From: Candidatus Latescibacterota bacterium
GTDB lineage: Bacteria > Latescibacterota > MWCZ01
Length of the DNA: 64,000 bases
NCBI GenBank assembly: GCA_022706085.1
Contig: JAKJDF010000003.1
Location: 338,879 to 402,878, forward strand
Direction of reading: 5' to 3'
This document shows positions 1 through 9,969 of this stretch, one piece after another. Each line of letters opens with the position of its first letter. The first letter of the stretch is position 1. The notes below the pieces were generated by a model. That model was given only the letters and a program-made list of their open reading frames with translations. It ran no database searches and was not told the origin of the DNA. The translations under genes and the position numbers were made by a program.

Positions 1-888
1 CCGGTGGTGGGAGACGCGCACCTCGACACAAGGTTTGGACGCGTGGCCGCGCTCTCAGGAGAGGCGCTCCGCGCGTATGCGGAGACGGTAGTATCCAGCA
101 TTTGTCGCAGCCTGGACTGCGTGTCTGGCACGCCATCAGACCGGGAGGAGGCTCTCGTCCGCGCGCTGAACGCAGATGAAATGGTCGCGTATCTCAGATA
201 CCGGGCCGCCACGCACCTGACATCGAACAACTGGCGGATGCGGAATGCCGGTGTCAAAATGGTGGGGATTCTCCGGCAGCGTGACAAACTTCCGGTTCTC
301 GCCGGATTCGTGAAGGATCGAACGCCCGCCTCACGCATGCGCCGACTTTTGGGCGGCGATTTTGAAACGAACGGGTTCATTCGTCGCAACTCAATGGCAA
401 GCCTGATCCGGCTCGGCGTAGCGTCTCCTGTTGTGCGCGAAGTCATCCTGTGTGGACTCGCGGATCCGTATTTCGAGGTTCGTTCTCAGGCGGCGCGCGC
501 GGTTCAGGTGTTCTGCGGGAGCCTTGAAAACGACAAGGAAATTGTCGAAAGGTTGCTGAACTGCGCGAAGGACAGATACTTTGAAGTTGTGGTGGAGGCA
601 GTGAAGGCTCTGGGCTCCGTTGCTTTCGCAGAGACTGTTCTGGAGGTGTTCCGGTCTCTGTCCCAACACCAGAACTGGCGCGTGCGGCAGGCGGTGGTGG
701 AAGGGTGCTGCGCCCTGCTGGACAGAGGGCAGGACGTACCGAAGGCGTTCCTCAGCGAAATACTGGCGGGGATGATGGTGACGAGTACCGGGTTTTGTCC
801 ATCCTTTTCGCTGAAACTCGCCGTGGCGAAGCTCGGGGAACGAATTCGCGAACCTGACAACGCGGCGGGTGACCGGGGGAAATCCTGA
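1..888 (+). CDS. HEAT-repeat protein, 5' end probably truncated by the window edge
   Basis: Frame is open to nt 1. Repeated ~30-aa units with HEAT/PBS-lyase-like pattern (DPYFEVRSQAARAV, DRYFEVVVEAVKALG, QNWRVRQAVVEGCCALL). Stop overlaps the next start (TGATG). Confidence 0.55.
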   Translation, partial: PVVGDAHLDTRFGRVAALSGEALRAYAETVVSSICRSLDCVSGTPSDREEALVRALNADEMVAYLRYRAATHLTSNNWRMRNAGVKMVGILRQRDKLPVLAGFVKDRTPASRMRRLLGGDFETNGFIRRNSMASLIRLGVASPVVREVILCGLADPYFEVRSQAARAVQVFCGSLENDKEIVERLLNCAKDRYFEVVVEAVKALGSVAFAETVLEVFRSLSQHQNWRVRQAVVEGCCALLDRGQDVPKAFLSEILAGMMVTSTGFCPSFSLKLAVAKLGERIREPDNAAGDRGKS

Positions 889-2039
889 TGCTTTATCACC
901 TTGCGTCGGAAGCATTCCAGTGGTACAGGCAGGCACCGGTCAGTTTCCCGGTTATTGGATCGGACGTCCTGTTGATCACCCGCTTCCTCATGTACCTCTC
1001 CGTTCGTGCGATTCTCGCGATACTTACGTCCTTCGTCGTTACCATGCTTGTCGGACGAAGGCTGATCCGGTTGCTCCACGCGCACCACGTACGGGACACC
1101 ATAAAGGATTTCGGGACTATCTCGGCGACGGACAAGCGCGGAACGCCCACAATGGGGGGCCTCATCATCATTGCGTCTCTCGTTGTCCCCGTGTTGCTGT
1201 GGTGCGACTTGACCAACCGGTTCGTGCAGATCGCACTTGCCGCCACGGCATGGTTCGGAGCGATCGGGGTCGTCGATGACTACCTGAAAGTGCGCCCGTA
1301 CCGTGGACGTATTCGCGGGCTCGGCGAGGCGCAGAAACTCGCGCTTCAGGGATTGTTTGGTCTGGGGTTGGGCATCGTCTACCTGACACCGGCGATTTCT
1401 CCCGTACCTCCAGAGGTAGCGGGCAGCTTTTACGTTCCGTTTTACAAATATGCGGTCTTGCACGACATCGGCTGGTGGTATCTGCCGTTTGTTGTCTTCG
1501 TAACTGTCCTCATTTCGAACAGCGTGAATCTCACCGACGGCATGGATGGGCTTGCGATCATGCCCGCTAACTTCGCTGTTCTGGTTTACGGAGTCATTGC
1601 GTACGCAATGGGGAACGTAGTGTATGCGGAGTATTTGAGGTACGATTACCTGCATGGTTCCGGGGAGTTGTTGGTATTCTGCGCGGCGCTGTTCGGAGCA
1701 GGTCTCGGGTTTCTCTGGTACAACGCGTATCCCGCCGAGATCATCATGGGCGATACGGGCTCGATGGCACTCGGGGGTATTCTCGCCTCTCTCGCCATCA
1801 TGTTGAAACAGGAAGTTCTTTTTCTGATCGTGGGTGGCGTGTTCGTTGCAGAGACTCTGTCCTCTTTCATTCAGCAGAAGATTGGAGAAAACTTCCTGGG
1901 AAGGCGCATCTTTTACCGTGCACCGCTGCACCACCAGATGGAATACCGGGGCCTGGCCGAAACGAAAGTGGTGATCCGCCTCTGGATCATCGCAGGACTG
2001 CTGGCAATGGTCGGGCTGGCTTCCATGAAGTTGAGGTAA
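888..2039 (+). CDS. mraY: phospho-N-acetylmuramoyl-pentapeptide transferase (MraY-like, glycosyltransferase family 4)
   Basis: MraY motifs visible: KRGTPTMGG, VVDDYLKV (DD motif), NSVNLTDGMDGLA, IIMGDTGSMALGG, and C-terminal APLHHQME (HHH motif with third His replaced by Gln). Multi-TM hydrophobic profile. ATG start. Confidence 0.8.
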   Translation: MLYHLASEAFQWYRQAPVSFPVIGSDVLLITRFLMYLSVRAILAILTSFVVTMLVGRRLIRLLHAHHVRDTIKDFGTISATDKRGTPTMGGLIIIASLVVPVLLWCDLTNRFVQIALAATAWFGAIGVVDDYLKVRPYRGRIRGLGEAQKLALQGLFGLGLGIVYLTPAISPVPPEVAGSFYVPFYKYAVLHDIGWWYLPFVVFVTVLISNSVNLTDGMDGLAIMPANFAVLVYGVIAYAMGNVVYAEYLRYDYLHGSGELLVFCAALFGAGLGFLWYNAYPAEIIMGDTGSMALGGILASLAIMLKQEVLFLIVGGVFVAETLSSFIQQKIGENFLGRRIFYRAPLHHQMEYRGLAETKVVIRLWIIAGLLAMVGLASMKLR

Positions 2040-2252
2040 TTTCCCCTTGCTTCCCGCGTGATATTTCACCTTCCTCGCACATCCCATCCTGTGAGCGCTC
2101 GTTTTGCCACCTGTTTTCGCTGTGGAGCCACGCTCCGCCCCACCCCTGTCTAGCCCCTCGACAAGTCCCGCGTTATTTTCTTTCTCCGTGCAGGCCGTCC
2201 CCGTTTTGCCAGCATTTCCGGGCCGATTTCCCTGATTGATTGAGGAAGCAAA

Positions 2253-3287
2253 ATGATTGATATCCGCAGCGACACAGTGACGAAACCCACTCCCGCGATG
2301 CGTGCCTTTATGGCGAACGCCGACGTGGGAGATGATGTGTACCGCGAAGACCCGATGGTCCGCGCGCTGGAGGAGGAAACGGCGGCGCTGTTGGGCAAAG
2401 AGGCCGCACTTTACGTCCCTTCCGGCACGATGAGCAACCAGATCGGCGTGTGGGTGAACACCCGCGAAGGCGACGAAGTGATCTGCGAGCGCGACTGCCA
2501 CATCTACAATTACGAAGCGGGGGCGCCGGCGCTGCTGTCCCGGGTACTCATGAAAACATTGCAGGGTGCACGCGGGGTGATCTCGGCCGCGCAGGTGGAA
2601 GAGGCAGTGAACCCGTCAAATATTCACGCTGCGGCTACTACCCTCGTGTGCCTGGAAAACACGCACAACAAAGCCGGCGGGACGATATATCCGCGTGAGG
2701 AAATGGAGCGCATCAGCGACCTGTGCAAACGAGCGGACATGCGGCTCCACCTCGACGGTGCCAGGTTGTGGAACGCCTCTGCGGCCACCGGAATACCGGA
2801 ACGCGACTACGCGGAACTGGCGGACACCGTATCCGTGTGTTTCTCGAAAGGTCTGGGTGCACCCGTTGGTTCGGCCCTGTGTGGTTCACAGGAGGTAATT
2901 GAACGCGCACGTCGAAAACGCAAGATTCTCGGTGGCGGTATGCGACAGGCAGGAATCATCGCCGCAGGTGCGCTCTATGCGCTGAGGAACCATCGCACGC
3001 GCCTCGTCGAAGACCACGCAAACGCGCGTCGTCTTGCGGAAGCGGTTAACGAATTGCCCGGTATCAAGGTCGATCTTGAGGGCGTCCATACGAACATCGT
3101 GATGATTGAGATCACAGGGAACGCGACGGCACAGCAGGTTTCCACAATGATGAAGGAGGAGGGCGTCCTCATCAATGCGATGCGGCCGAAAGTTCTGCGG
3201 GCAGTAACCCATCTCGATGTCAGTTCCGGGGACGTCGAAAAGGCGATCGAAGCTTTCGCGCGGATCAGTCGCAAAATCCGGAGTTGA
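2253..3287 (+). CDS. ltaE: low-specificity L-threonine aldolase (PLP-dependent)
   Basis: N-terminal [12 protein letters not shown] motif and overall threonine-aldolase-like sequence. GAGGAAG RBS upstream of the ATG. Confidence 0.8.
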   Translation: MIDIRSDTVTKPTPAMRAFMANADVGDDVYREDPMVRALEEETAALLGKEAALYVPSGTMSNQIGVWVNTREGDEVICERDCHIYNYEAGAPALLSRVLMKTLQGARGVISAAQVEEAVNPSNIHAAATTLVCLENTHNKAGGTIYPREEMERISDLCKRADMRLHLDGARLWNASAATGIPERDYAELADTVSVCFSKGLGAPVGSALCGSQEVIERARRKRKILGGGMRQAGIIAAGALYALRNHRTRLVEDHANARRLAEAVNELPGIKVDLEGVHTNIVMIEITGNATAQQVSTMMKEEGVLINAMRPKVLRAVTHLDVSSGDVEKAIEAFARISRKIRS

Positions 3288-3304
3288 AACGGGAGGAGTT
3301 TTCC

Positions 3305-4177
3305 ATGAAGATCGCGTTTCATCAGATCACTTCAGGGTCCAAGAGAGACCTGAACGAGACGTTCGAAGCCTATGCTGACGCTGGATGGCGCCACTTCGAG
3401 GTGAACCTCTGGGAAACGGAGGAGTTTGTCACGCAACATGGTGCGAAGTCACTGGCGGATCTGGCGAAGGATTTCGGGCTGAAATGCGTTGGCGCGACAG
3501 GTCTCAGCATCCCCGCGTTTCAGGGTGGAGACGCTCTCGAGGCTGCATTAAAACAAATTGAAAGGCACGCGCAGGTGATGAATGCCCTCGAGTGCACCGC
3601 GATCGTGGTTGGTGGTGACGTGCCAAAGGATTTCCCACCTCGCGCGCAGAACTCCACGGAAGACGCTCTTTCAGCACGGGATGCCGCGTACAGGAACGCA
3701 CTGCGGGAATTTGCGACGGCGGTCGGACGGGTGGCAGAGGTCGCCGCGAAATACGGCGTCACACTGGCGCTGGAGGTCAACTGGTGCGGTCTCGCGCGAA
3801 GCTTCCGGACAATGGCGGAACTGGTGGCGATGGTTGATCGGGACAACGTGGGCGCCACGTGGGACCCCGCGCATTTTTACAGCACACCGTCACGCCTTTC
3901 CGATCTGGACCGCCTCAGAGGCAAGATCGTGCACGCCCATCTCAACGATATCCGAAACTGCTACATGGAAGCGATGGACATCAACGGCGACCGCATGCTG
4001 CCCGGCGACGGTGTGTTGCCACTCGTCGAATGGACCGACAAGATTCATTCACTGGGGTATCGCGGCTGGCATTGCGTGGAGTTGTTCAGCGACGATCTCT
4101 GGGCCGAACCGTTGCGTGAGATCGCAACGCGGACAAAAAAGTCCTGCGAACACGTATGGCCGAACGCCGAGTTCTGA
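3305..4177 (+). CDS. sugar phosphate isomerase/epimerase (xylose-isomerase-like TIM barrel)
   Basis: TIM-barrel sugar isomerase-like sequence (FHQITS..., LEVNWCGLARS, HAHLND). Strong GGGAGGAG RBS 7 nt upstream of the ATG at 3305. The track ORF begins at a TTG at 3284. Confidence 0.65.
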   Translation: MKIAFHQITSGSKRDLNETFEAYADAGWRHFEVNLWETEEFVTQHGAKSLADLAKDFGLKCVGATGLSIPAFQGGDALEAALKQIERHAQVMNALECTAIVVGGDVPKDFPPRAQNSTEDALSARDAAYRNALREFATAVGRVAEVAAKYGVTLALEVNWCGLARSFRTMAELVAMVDRDNVGATWDPAHFYSTPSRLSDLDRLRGKIVHAHLNDIRNCYMEAMDINGDRMLPGDGVLPLVEWTDKIHSLGYRGWHCVELFSDDLWAEPLREIATRTKKSCEHVWPNAEF

Positions 4178-4270
4178 AACCAGGAACGACGATCTCCTCA
4201 GGGAACACAACAAGGCGTGAGACGGCTATCGGGAAGTTGTTGGCCAAGTTGCAGGGAAGGACTGCTCGAC

Positions 4271-5863
4271 ATGGCGCTGAACGAACATGAACAGAAGATC
4301 GCCACAGCCCGGCATATGCGGGAGCACCTGCTGCGCGACCGGTATCGGCCTGGCTACCACTTCGCCATCCCGGAAGACATCGGGATGCCGGGCGACCCCA
4401 ATGGCGCCTTCTGGGCCAACGGCCGGTACCATCTCATGTATCTTTACAACCGGCGAGACGTGAAGGTGTGGGGCGGCAACGGCTTTTCGTGGGGGCACAT
4501 CTCCAGCTCCGACCTCGTACACTGGCGGCACCATCCGGATGCGCTGGTCCCCGGTGGCGACCATGGTGGGTGCTTCAGCGGCGGAGCTTTCGTAGATGAC
4601 GACGGGACAGCGTACCTGACGTACTGGAGATTGCAGACTTCGGAAAATATACCCGATGGATCGGGCATCGGCATCGCGCGAAGCAGGGATCCACACTTCG
4701 ACGAGTGGGAGAAGCTTCGCATTCCCACGCTGGATGGGACGCAATCGGGAATCCTTGAGACGCACGACGGCGCAGGGAATCCGCTGGTCCTATGCAATGC
4801 TGACCCCAGCAATATCTGGAAAAAGGATGGATTCTACTATTTGCAGGCGGGAAACCTGCCCGTTCTGCGGAAGCTGGAGAACTCAGAGGACGGATCGAAA
4901 CGATGGAAGGGCGACTGGGTCGATCTGTTTCGGTCAAGGGATCTTGTTGATTGGGAGTACGTCCACAGGTTCTACGCGAGAAATCCGACGAACAGGTGGA
5001 CGGACGAAAGCGAAGACGACATGTGCCCGAGCTTTCTCCCGCTCCCGAGCTCTTCTTCGGGTGGCGTTCCGAGCGGCAAATACCTCCAGCTTTTCATTTC
5101 CCACAACAAAGGGTGCCAGTACTACGTAGGAACGTACGACGAGGGGAGGGACCTCTTTCTGCCAGAGACACACGGCCGAATGACATGGGTTGACAACACG
5201 TTTTTCGCTCCAGAAGCACTGATCGATGACAAAGGCCGCCAGATAATGTGGGCGTGGCTTCTAGATAACGTGCCTTCCGAACCCGAACAACAGATTCTGG
5301 CAGGGTGGTCTGGAGTCTATTGTCTTCCAAGAACCCTCTGGCTCGGGGAGGACGGGATTCTGCGAATGGCGCCTGTGCCCGAATTGTCGGTGCTGCGGTT
5401 CAACTCACGCGTTTTCGACGACGTGATTCTCGACCCAGATTCTGAGAAAGCGCTGGAAGTGGCCAACGGCGAGTCGGCGGAAATCAATTTCTCCATCGAA
5501 TCGGTGACCGCGACGCAGGCAGGCCTGAAAGTCCGGACGAGCCCTCAAGACGAAGAAACAACTTTGTTGTATTGTGATTTCGAACGCAACAAGCTGGTGT
5601 TCGATTCTACACGGAGCGGGAACGCGGGGCGAAAAGTCAAAGAGGAAGCGCCGTTTGAGTGCCGCAGGGACGAACGCATCGATCTGCGTGTCTTCATAGA
5701 CAGGGCGGTGGTGGAAATCTTCGCGGGGGACCGCCAGGCGATCGCTCGCAGGGTCTACCCGGTTCGCGATGACAGCACCGGAGTGCGCCTGTTCTGTTCA
5801 GGAGGCGAAGTTGCATTCACTCGGATCAGAACCTGGGAAATGATGCCGTCGAATGCGTGGTAA
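4271..5863 (+). CDS. glycoside hydrolase family 32 (beta-fructofuranosidase/levanase-like)
   Basis: GH32 motifs: YRPGYHF, GDPNG (nucleophile block), RDP motif (SRDPHF). The EC acid/base block reads DMCPSF, so the Glu is not obvious. No signal peptide. ATG at 4271 with GGGAAGGA upstream. Confidence 0.7.
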   Translation: MALNEHEQKIATARHMREHLLRDRYRPGYHFAIPEDIGMPGDPNGAFWANGRYHLMYLYNRRDVKVWGGNGFSWGHISSSDLVHWRHHPDALVPGGDHGGCFSGGAFVDDDGTAYLTYWRLQTSENIPDGSGIGIARSRDPHFDEWEKLRIPTLDGTQSGILETHDGAGNPLVLCNADPSNIWKKDGFYYLQAGNLPVLRKLENSEDGSKRWKGDWVDLFRSRDLVDWEYVHRFYARNPTNRWTDESEDDMCPSFLPLPSSSSGGVPSGKYLQLFISHNKGCQYYVGTYDEGRDLFLPETHGRMTWVDNTFFAPEALIDDKGRQIMWAWLLDNVPSEPEQQILAGWSGVYCLPRTLWLGEDGILRMAPVPELSVLRFNSRVFDDVILDPDSEKALEVANGESAEINFSIESVTATQAGLKVRTSPQDEETTLLYCDFERNKLVFDSTRSGNAGRKVKEEAPFECRRDERIDLRVFIDRAVVEIFAGDRQAIARRVYPVRDDSTGVRLFCSGGEVAFTRIRTWEMMPSNAW

Positions 5864-5875
5864 TAGGGGGCCAAA

Positions 5876-7492
5876 ATGGGGTTGTGCGGAAGTCGCCTGG
5901 GTGGCGGGGAGACCAAGATGGAACTTCATGCGTTAACGAATTGCATCGTTGAAATACCTTTTCATTCAGCCGCGGTGTACCAGAATCCTTATGCGGATGT
6001 GACCCTCGACGTGGCGTTTTCGAACTCGCGGGGCGCGAAAATCATCGTTCCTGCTTTCTGGGCCGGCGGCGCAACCTGGAAGGTTCGATTTTCTGCTCCT
6101 TCTGCGGGAACATGGAGGTTCCAGTCAATCTGCGACAACCGGTCAGACATCGGTCTGCACGGGAGAACCGGCGCGATTTCGGTAAAGCGATATCGCGGCA
6201 GCAATCCTGTCCTGAAGCACGGGCGAGTGCGTGTTTCCCCGAACAGACGCTACCTGGAGCACCAGGACGGCACACCGTTTTTCTGGCTCGGCGACACGTG
6301 GTGGATGGGCCTTTGTACGCGTGTTGATTGGCCACACGGGTTCAAGGAACTCACCGCGGATAGAGTTGCGAAAGGGTTCAGTGTAATCCAGATCATCGCC
6401 GGACCCTACCCCGATATGGATGCGTTCGATCCACGGGCGCGGAATGAAGCCGGGTTTGCGTTTGAAAAGGGGTTCACCTCCGTCAACCCGTCATACTACG
6501 ACCACGCGGATCTGAAAATCGGACATCTCGTGGAATCGGGGCTCGTTCCCTGTATCGTTGGAATGTGGGGGTATTACCTCCCCGAAATCGGGGTGGAGCG
6601 CATCAAGCGCTTCTGGCGCTACCTCATCGCGCGGTACGGTGCGTATCCGGTTGTTTGGTGTGCCGCCGGCGAGGGCACCATGCCGTGGTACCTGTCGAAA
6701 ACACCAAAAGAGGACGCTCAGAAGCAGAAGTCGGGCTGGACGGACGTGTGCCGTTACATTCGCTCGACCGATGGATTCGGAAACGTGCTTACCATCCACC
6801 CGACCCGGTACGGGCACGAACAGGTTGAAGACAGAGCGGTACTCGATCTGAACATGTTGCAGACCGGGCATAGCGGGTACGAAAGCGTAGGTCCGACGAT
6901 CGAAAGCGTGCGAACCGCGTACGCGCTTGATCCGCCCATGCCCGTTCTGGATGGCGAAGTGAATTACGAGGGGATTCTCGGCAAGAGCTGGCAGGATGTC
7001 CAGCGGCTCTGTTTCTGGCATTCGATTCTGAACGGTGCGTGTGGCCACACGTACGGGGCAAATGGCATCTGGCAATGCAGTACGAAAACCGAACCGTACG
7101 GTGCGTCGCCACACGGACGCTGCTGGGGTAACACGCCCTGGCAGGAGGCAATGAAGCTCCCCGGTTCCACCCAGCTCGGGCTGGCTCGAAGGTTCCTCCT
7201 CCGACTCGATTGGCACCAGATGGAGCCCCATCCTGAGTGGACGCAAGAGGGTGCCAGCGCAGCCGGCATTCCCGAGCGGTTGCGAGTGATCTATTCACCG
7301 ATGGTCTGGGATCCTCCGGTCATCAAAGAATTGGAACCCGATGTGAAATACCATGCGCGCTTCTTCGATCCGGTTACGGGCGGGGAGCACCCTATCGGCC
7401 CCGTCGATCCCGCCCCGGGCGGAACATGGGCGCCTCCTGTCTTCCCCGAAATGCACGATTGGGTGATCCTTCTGCAGGCGGTTTCGGGATGA
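5876..7492 (+). CDS. DUF5060 + DUF4038 protein (GH140-like putative glycoside hydrolase)
   Basis: Signature DGTPFFWLGDTWW block of DUF4038/GH140-like proteins, preceded by an Ig-like N-domain. AGGGGG RBS upstream. Confidence 0.6.
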   Translation: MGLCGSRLGGGETKMELHALTNCIVEIPFHSAAVYQNPYADVTLDVAFSNSRGAKIIVPAFWAGGATWKVRFSAPSAGTWRFQSICDNRSDIGLHGRTGAISVKRYRGSNPVLKHGRVRVSPNRRYLEHQDGTPFFWLGDTWWMGLCTRVDWPHGFKELTADRVAKGFSVIQIIAGPYPDMDAFDPRARNEAGFAFEKGFTSVNPSYYDHADLKIGHLVESGLVPCIVGMWGYYLPEIGVERIKRFWRYLIARYGAYPVVWCAAGEGTMPWYLSKTPKEDAQKQKSGWTDVCRYIRSTDGFGNVLTIHPTRYGHEQVEDRAVLDLNMLQTGHSGYESVGPTIESVRTAYALDPPMPVLDGEVNYEGILGKSWQDVQRLCFWHSILNGACGHTYGANGIWQCSTKTEPYGASPHGRCWGNTPWQEAMKLPGSTQLGLARRFLLRLDWHQMEPHPEWTQEGASAAGIPERLRVIYSPMVWDPPVIKELEPDVKYHARFFDPVTGGEHPIGPVDPAPGGTWAPPVFPEMHDWVILLQAVSG

Positions 7493-9969
7493 CCTGGCCA
7501 CGAGTACTTCTCCAGCTGCAGGCACGGCGAAATGGAGCGGCGCACGAACCCCACGATGACCGCGCGAATACCTGCTCCTGGTCCGGGAAGCACCTTTCCG
7601 GGCAAGTATCAGGCCCGGTTGCTCGGGCCGACGCGAACCTGAAAGGTCAGGAAACTCAGACCGGCCGCGGAAAAGCCACGTTTGCCACGATCCTTGCGCT
7701 GGTGACATTGGTGGTGACATGCGGGCAAACGGGCGCCGCAACGTCGATAAGCGGGTATGTGCGTGAACGTGGCAGCCGGGAAAGCATCCCTTACGTCAGC
7801 GTCTACATTGAAGGGTTGCGTCTGGGTGGCATGACAAACGCGGCGGGTTATTATGTCATCAATGGTGTGCCGCCGGGCCGCCACGTGGTGGTCGCCGCCA
7901 TGATCGGTTACAATGAATCGCGGCAGACGTTGGTTGTCGCCGCGGAACCGCTCGTGCACAACATTGAGCTGTCCACGGAAGCGATTGAAGTTGCGGCAGT
8001 GGAAGTTCAGGCGGAACGCGCCCGGGCCCCTTCGCTCGAGATCATTCCCAGCAGGGAGACGCTTCGCGGTGTGGATCTGAAGATCGCTCCCGCGGCCGTG
8101 GAAGCCGATCCAATCCGGACACTCCATACGCTCCCGGGGGTGGTGCAGCTTTCCGATTTCAACACCGGGTTGTACGTGCGCGGAGGAACGCCGGATCAGA
8201 ACCTGATCCTTGTGGATGGTTCAGAGTTGTACAACGTGTCGCACATGTTTGGTCTGTTCTCGACGTTTCCTGCGGATGCGATCAAAACCACCGAGTTGCT
8301 CATGGGGGGATACCCGGCGCAATACGGTGGCCGGCTTTCCTCCGTGCTCAACGTGATCACGGAGGAAGGGAACAAGGAGCGATTCAGAGGCTCAGGCGGG
8401 GTAAGCCTGCTGAGCTCCCGCATGACATTGCAGGGCCCGTTCGGGAAAGGCTCGTTCCTTGTGTCGGGGCGGCGGACGTACCTGGAGCCAGTGTTCTGGG
8501 CTGCCAGCCGCTCAAGCGATGCGTTCGACGGAATGGGGTATTTCTTCTACGACTTCCAGGGCAAAATACATCAGATTCTTTCGCACTCCGATCAGTTCGC
8601 CATCGCCGGATACATGGGCAAGGACGCGTTCAAATACACCAACGATTTCATGGATACCCGCTTCGACTGGGGAAACAAATCAGTCTCCCTGAGCTGGAAT
8701 CACCTGTTTTCCGGGGAGCTCTACTCTCATGTGCAGGCAAATCTGAGCCGGTTTGTTTCGCACACTACGTTCAAGATAGAGGATTTCGGCGCCACGGATC
8801 ATAACGAGCTCTTCGACACGGATCTCAGGGGTGATCTTACCTGGTTCGCCAACGAGCGGCACACGTTTGAAACCGGCGTTCATATGAAACGAAACACCAT
8901 GCGCTTCGGGCAGGAATATGCCGGACAGAGTTACGAAGCATTCGATCTCATCGCATACGTCCCCAGCGCCTATGTGCAAGATAGCTGGAGACCGTGGCCG
9001 TTCCTCACGGTGCAACCTGGTCTCAGAGGGACGCTCTTCCGAAGCCGGCTCCGAGATACTCCCGAGTCCGCAACCTACTCTGCATTCGAACCACGGTTCA
9101 CCGTGCGCTACCAGCTGGGGGAACAGACCTTTCTGAAGGCGGCCACCGGGCGCTACAGTCAGTTCATTTTCCGCGTGCCGAGAGAATATCAGGGCATCTC
9201 GATGATGTCTGACATCTGGTTCACCTGCGACGACACGCCGGGAGGGTATCCTCAGCGCGCATGGCACTACGTGCTGGGACTGGAAACAAAAATACGGCAC
9301 GATGTCGATTTGTCGCTTGAAGCGTATTACAAGGATTACGCGGGCCTCGTGGAATTCAATGCCTCACAGACCGCCCCGCAGAGCGTCGAAGACGCACTCC
9401 TGAGGGGCGACGGATATGCATACGGGCTTGATGTTAACGTGAAAAAACGAGCCGGCCGAAACACGGGATGGCTGTCATACTCGATGAGTTGGACCGTTCG
9501 AACCATCGACGGACTGAACCTCGACGAGAACGGGAACCCGCAACCATTCTACCCGAAATTCGACGCGAGGCATCATCTGGACGCGGTGTACAGCTTTGAT
9601 CTATCGCGCCACTGGACCCTTAACAGCCGAATGTCATTGTCGTCAGGGCAGGGGTATACGAAAGTTCTCGGACGGTACGTGGTGGAAGATCCTCTGTTCA
9701 CCCAGGGCCTGTACTATCGCGGACAGAAAAACGGGGCCCGGCTGCCGTATTACATGCGCCTCGACGTAGGAGCGAAGGGCAGTTACCGATTCTGGGGAGT
9801 CAGGTGGATGCCGTTCTTCCAGATTGTGAACGTTCTCAATCGCGCGAATGAGTTCAACAGATACTACGACAGCGGCGACGCGGCGAAAGATCCGCCGGAG
9901 ACCGGCCGCGAACGAGTGATCCCCCAGTTGCCGTTCCTTCCAACCTTCGGCGTGGATGTGGAGTTCTGA
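7489..9969 (+). CDS. TonB-dependent outer-membrane receptor with carboxypeptidase-regulatory-like N-domain
   Basis: ISGYVRE...GYYVINGVPPGRH (CarbopepD_reg-like) followed by a plug domain (LYVRGGTPDQNLILVDGSELYN) and a long barrel ending in terminal Phe (GVDVEF). Start taken as the ATG overlapping the upstream stop (ATGA), but about 60 aa precede the hydrophobic signal-like segment, so the start is uncertain. Confidence 0.75.
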   Translation: MTWPRVLLQLQARRNGAAHEPHDDRANTCSWSGKHLSGQVSGPVARADANLKGQETQTGRGKATFATILALVTLVVTCGQTGAATSISGYVRERGSRESIPYVSVYIEGLRLGGMTNAAGYYVINGVPPGRHVVVAAMIGYNESRQTLVVAAEPLVHNIELSTEAIEVAAVEVQAERARAPSLEIIPSRETLRGVDLKIAPAAVEADPIRTLHTLPGVVQLSDFNTGLYVRGGTPDQNLILVDGSELYNVSHMFGLFSTFPADAIKTTELLMGGYPAQYGGRLSSVLNVITEEGNKERFRGSGGVSLLSSRMTLQGPFGKGSFLVSGRRTYLEPVFWAASRSSDAFDGMGYFFYDFQGKIHQILSHSDQFAIAGYMGKDAFKYTNDFMDTRFDWGNKSVSLSWNHLFSGELYSHVQANLSRFVSHTTFKIEDFGATDHNELFDTDLRGDLTWFANERHTFETGVHMKRNTMRFGQEYAGQSYEAFDLIAYVPSAYVQDSWRPWPFLTVQPGLRGTLFRSRLRDTPESATYSAFEPRFTVRYQLGEQTFLKAATGRYSQFIFRVPREYQGISMMSDIWFTCDDTPGGYPQRAWHYVLGLETKIRHDVDLSLEAYYKDYAGLVEFNASQTAPQSVEDALLRGDGYAYGLDVNVKKRAGRNTGWLSYSMSWTVRTIDGLNLDENGNPQPFYPKFDARHHLDAVYSFDLSRHWTLNSRMSLSSGQGYTKVLGRYVVEDPLFTQGLYYRGQKNGARLPYYMRLDVGAKGSYRFWGVRWMPFFQIVNVLNRANEFNRYYDSGDAAKDPPETGRERVIPQLPFLPTFGVDVEF

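Noticed and set aside
504-2501. 665-aa minus-strand ORF
   Set aside because: Antisense to mraY and ltaE. Low-complexity Arg/Ala/His-rich translation typical of shadow ORFs in high-GC DNA; no start or RBS support.
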